In this document: one piece after another, positions 63,101 to 64,000 of the stretch
How the letters are laid out: every line of letters starts with the position of its first letter
How positions within the stretch are numbered: position 1 is the first letter of the stretch
Virus record (IMG/VR): IMGVR_UViG_3300005662_008418
Direction: 5' to 3' (one strand)
DNA: 64,000 nt
Source: an uncultured virus (IMG/VR IMGVR_UViG_3300005662_008418)
Lineage: Duplodnaviria; Heunggongvirae; Uroviricota; Caudoviricetes
Program-made: the position numbers and the translations under genes
Notes under the pieces: generated by a model
What the model was told of the DNA's origin: nothing
The model's database searches: none
Seen by the model: the letters and a program-made list of their open reading frames with translations, nothing else

Positions 63101-64000
63101 GAGGATCAGATATGAATAATCTTAATGACCACCCAGCATATGTTAAATTCTCAGATCCGCTACCGTGATCTTCTATCCTAAGCCTCCACAAATTAGTTCC
63201 GAAAGTGAATGGGTTTTTTCCAGAAACAAACGAGTTTATGCTTACAACAGGAGGATTATTTGGATCTCCAGTAGGACCAGATGCCACGCACATTCCGCTA
63301 TTTGCTTTATATGCACCAGGAGTGATGGTAACATTGGTTCCTGTATTCTGCTGACAAAAAAGCCATAAACTGTTTGCAGCAGTGTCGCTAAAGACATAAG
63401 TTCCATTTAAATTCTGATTATGCTGAGTCGCATTTTGAGCTGTTAATTTTCCAGATCTGTTCGCAAGTGTTAGCACAGCCTGCAATCCAGTACTTTCATC
63501 TATCCATGGTGCATCTATCAGTATTTTTAGATCACCTACATTTGTATGAACAAGACCAAATATGGTTATTTCCAAAGCGCAAAGTGAACCAGAAATACTG
63601 CAAATAATAGTATTTGAGGTAGATGTTGGACTCGGATGAGAACAAGCATTACTGGCAACAGTGGGACTTCCGATACTAACTGGATTGAATGAATTTGACA
63701 GTATAAATTCAACACAATTAGCAGAAGAACTACTACTAGAACTACTACTAGAACTACTACTAGAACTACTACTAGAACTACTACTAGAACTACTACTAGA
63801 ACTACTACTAGAACTACTACTAGAACTACTACTAGAACTACTACTGGAATTACTGCTAGAACTGCTACTAGAACTACTGCTAGAACTACTACTTGAACTA
63901 CTACTAGATGAAACAATATCCAATAATACACATTGGTCTGGAACAATTGATGCGTATAAATTAGGATAATCAACTTGATTTAAAGAAACCACATCAACCC
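60141..64000 (-). CDS. Poly-serine-tract protein with two proprotein-convertase P-domain-like modules, >1283 aa, 5' end outside the window
   Basis: The frame stays open upstream of the track start (GTT GAT GTG GTT...). P-domain patterns: LEITIFGLVHTNVGDLKILI..WRLRIED..WSLRL and LEISLELKHNSIGDLRIYV..GDWTLHIED..WNLAI. Four Ser runs. Confidence 0.8.
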   Translation of the reverse strand, partial: VDVVSLNQVDYPNLYASIVPDQCVLLDIVSSSSSSSSSSSSSSSSSSSSNSSSSSSSSSSSSSSSSSSSSSSSSSSSSSSSSSSSSSSSSSSANCVEFILSNSFNPVSIGSPTVASNACSHPSPTSTSNTIICSISGSLCALEITIFGLVHTNVGDLKILIDAPWIDESTGLQAVLTLANRSGKLTAQNATQHNQNLNGTYVFSDTAANSLWLFCQQNTGTNVTITPGAYKANSGMCVASGPTGDPNNPPVVSINSFVSGKNPFTFGTNLWRLRIEDHGSGSENLTYAGWSLRLFISDPQVSSSSSSSSSSSSSSSSSSSSSSSSSSSSSSSSSSSSSSSSSSSSSSSSSSSSSSSSSSSSSSSSSSSSSSSSSSSSSSSSSSSSSSSSSSSSSSSSSSSSSSSSSSSLHCILNTFTRTITNTSIPDASDLSVLCINPSAGILSDVLNIGSTGTICSLEISLELKHNSIGDLRIYVETPWNTQIILMDRIGKLASSGSAYLHNFGLSNGSVASYVFSDNGSDLWNWAESNGSIGAGADGLFVPSGSANPWRASVGLCGLPGANRSNPISFNITSEVFGRSMSGDWTLHIEDHKDIASGVISSWNLAIRAFNVNIASSSSSSSSSSSAIDCSGVVWQNFVGYNNTAPIEQKYPNSNFVTSCDGYHTLQITWSPSTIPLHLKSSESNIASPFDHSSANNYFGWFGFNPGGTIGIESPRPGVNFAYLGFAINPNFVPTQNESIVVTVRKVTDFRFDDGGNFIVLATAFYAPDFVISINALFSSSSSSSSSSSSSEPAQRLGWYFDTVSTSDSQIQNLFGMNAKIQPFGGSVCDAFGLDFSEQVGAVAVGYADSITGRVHINSDSAIGKYDNVTIDVDRENFYDSGVVEHFVIEDSFEGVNSGAPSAFSQAQHINILNNYNTLNAESGASLPAHTSNKLLKTSDLSWLDQDKSSICFNEVIDVGASFEDLDKIICLTAYEENGIYAAGCFGTSAFIRIISEYAETVFVDIENYGDPISAYFIDGHLIIITKTYFIKINLEGSIVEALPHQGVVGDVRASCMMENGILLMADRQIFIRYFSEYKFKLAYNIPDQAVIENVKSSSDGISVFVSSNFIIATTNGTVFKYSSLAGGDSAWNDGDSIEDVCVFAGKIVLVKSGHAWHDDGDVLLGAADSVAMRRIIVPEQQSFVEKIPVAIGSVVSCGVFRSDQNDITRLLIGGVLGFASLNRADISFPMNNQDAALEAVQYAYTDIPSHFIESVNGKILTGFLYNIFSTSNNKMLSIKNGISI
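62775..63095 (-). repeat. Mostly 15-bp tandem repeat encoding about 107 consecutive serines
   Basis: Plus-strand unit CTACTACTGCTAGAA with CTGCTA variants and a few shorter in-frame units; minus-strand codons TCT AGC AGT AGT AGT. Confidence 0.92.
63723..63911 (-). repeat. 12-bp tandem repeat encoding about 62 serines (one Asn)
   Basis: Plus-strand unit CTACTACTAGAA; minus-strand codons TCT AGT AGT AGT. Confidence 0.92.

Noticed and set aside
62775..63911. Possible CRISPR array, given the Cas4-like gene
   Set aside because: The repeats are contiguous 12/15-mers with no spacers, lie inside a CDS, and no cas1/cas2 is present
63566..63973. Hydrophobic VVVL-repeat (-) and LELL-repeat (+) ORFs
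   Set aside because: Alternative frames of the 12-bp Ser repeat inside the long gene
1..64000. Stop-codon recoding, tRNA genes or rRNA genes
   Set aside because: Genes are full length in code 11 and end in TAA, TAG or TGA; there is almost no intergenic space and I recognised no RNA gene

Overview
The window looks like a 64-kb piece of a large (jumbo-type) dsDNA bacteriophage genome. It is AT-rich, uses the standard genetic code, and holds about 65 tightly packed or overlapping genes, all on the minus strand. In transcription order (right to left) it carries: (i) giant probable virion or receptor-binding proteins, namely a >1283-aa protein with poly-serine tracts and two P-domains and a 3815-aa vWA/LamG/FN3/Kelch protein; (ii) six consecutive glycosyltransferases; (iii) a bacterial-type replication and recombination block with an intein-containing SF2 helicase, DnaC-like loader, DnaB, a primase split into two distant genes, DnaE split into two adjacent genes, gp32-like SSB, RecA, Cas4-like exonuclease, SpoVS, Gam/Gp157-like protein, glutaredoxin and UvrD; (iv) a nonulosonic (sialic-like) acid cassette with two Maf/DUF115-like transferases, NeuA, NeuB, a KdsC-like phosphatase and a GT4-GT2 fusion; (v) dNMP kinase, DnaX, a SigH-like sigma factor, beta-clamp, delta-like subunit, sugar epimerase and RuvC-like resolvase; and (vi) a >744-aa ORF running off the left edge that the ORF track missed. 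The best candidate for a new system is phage-encoded O-glycosylation (sialylation-like) of serine-tract virion proteins. Other notable features are the split and truncated replisome, with an apparently duplicated DnaE segment, and a vWA domain that seems to be interrupted by about 2,550 aa. All functional calls come from motif recognition by eye; no database search was run.
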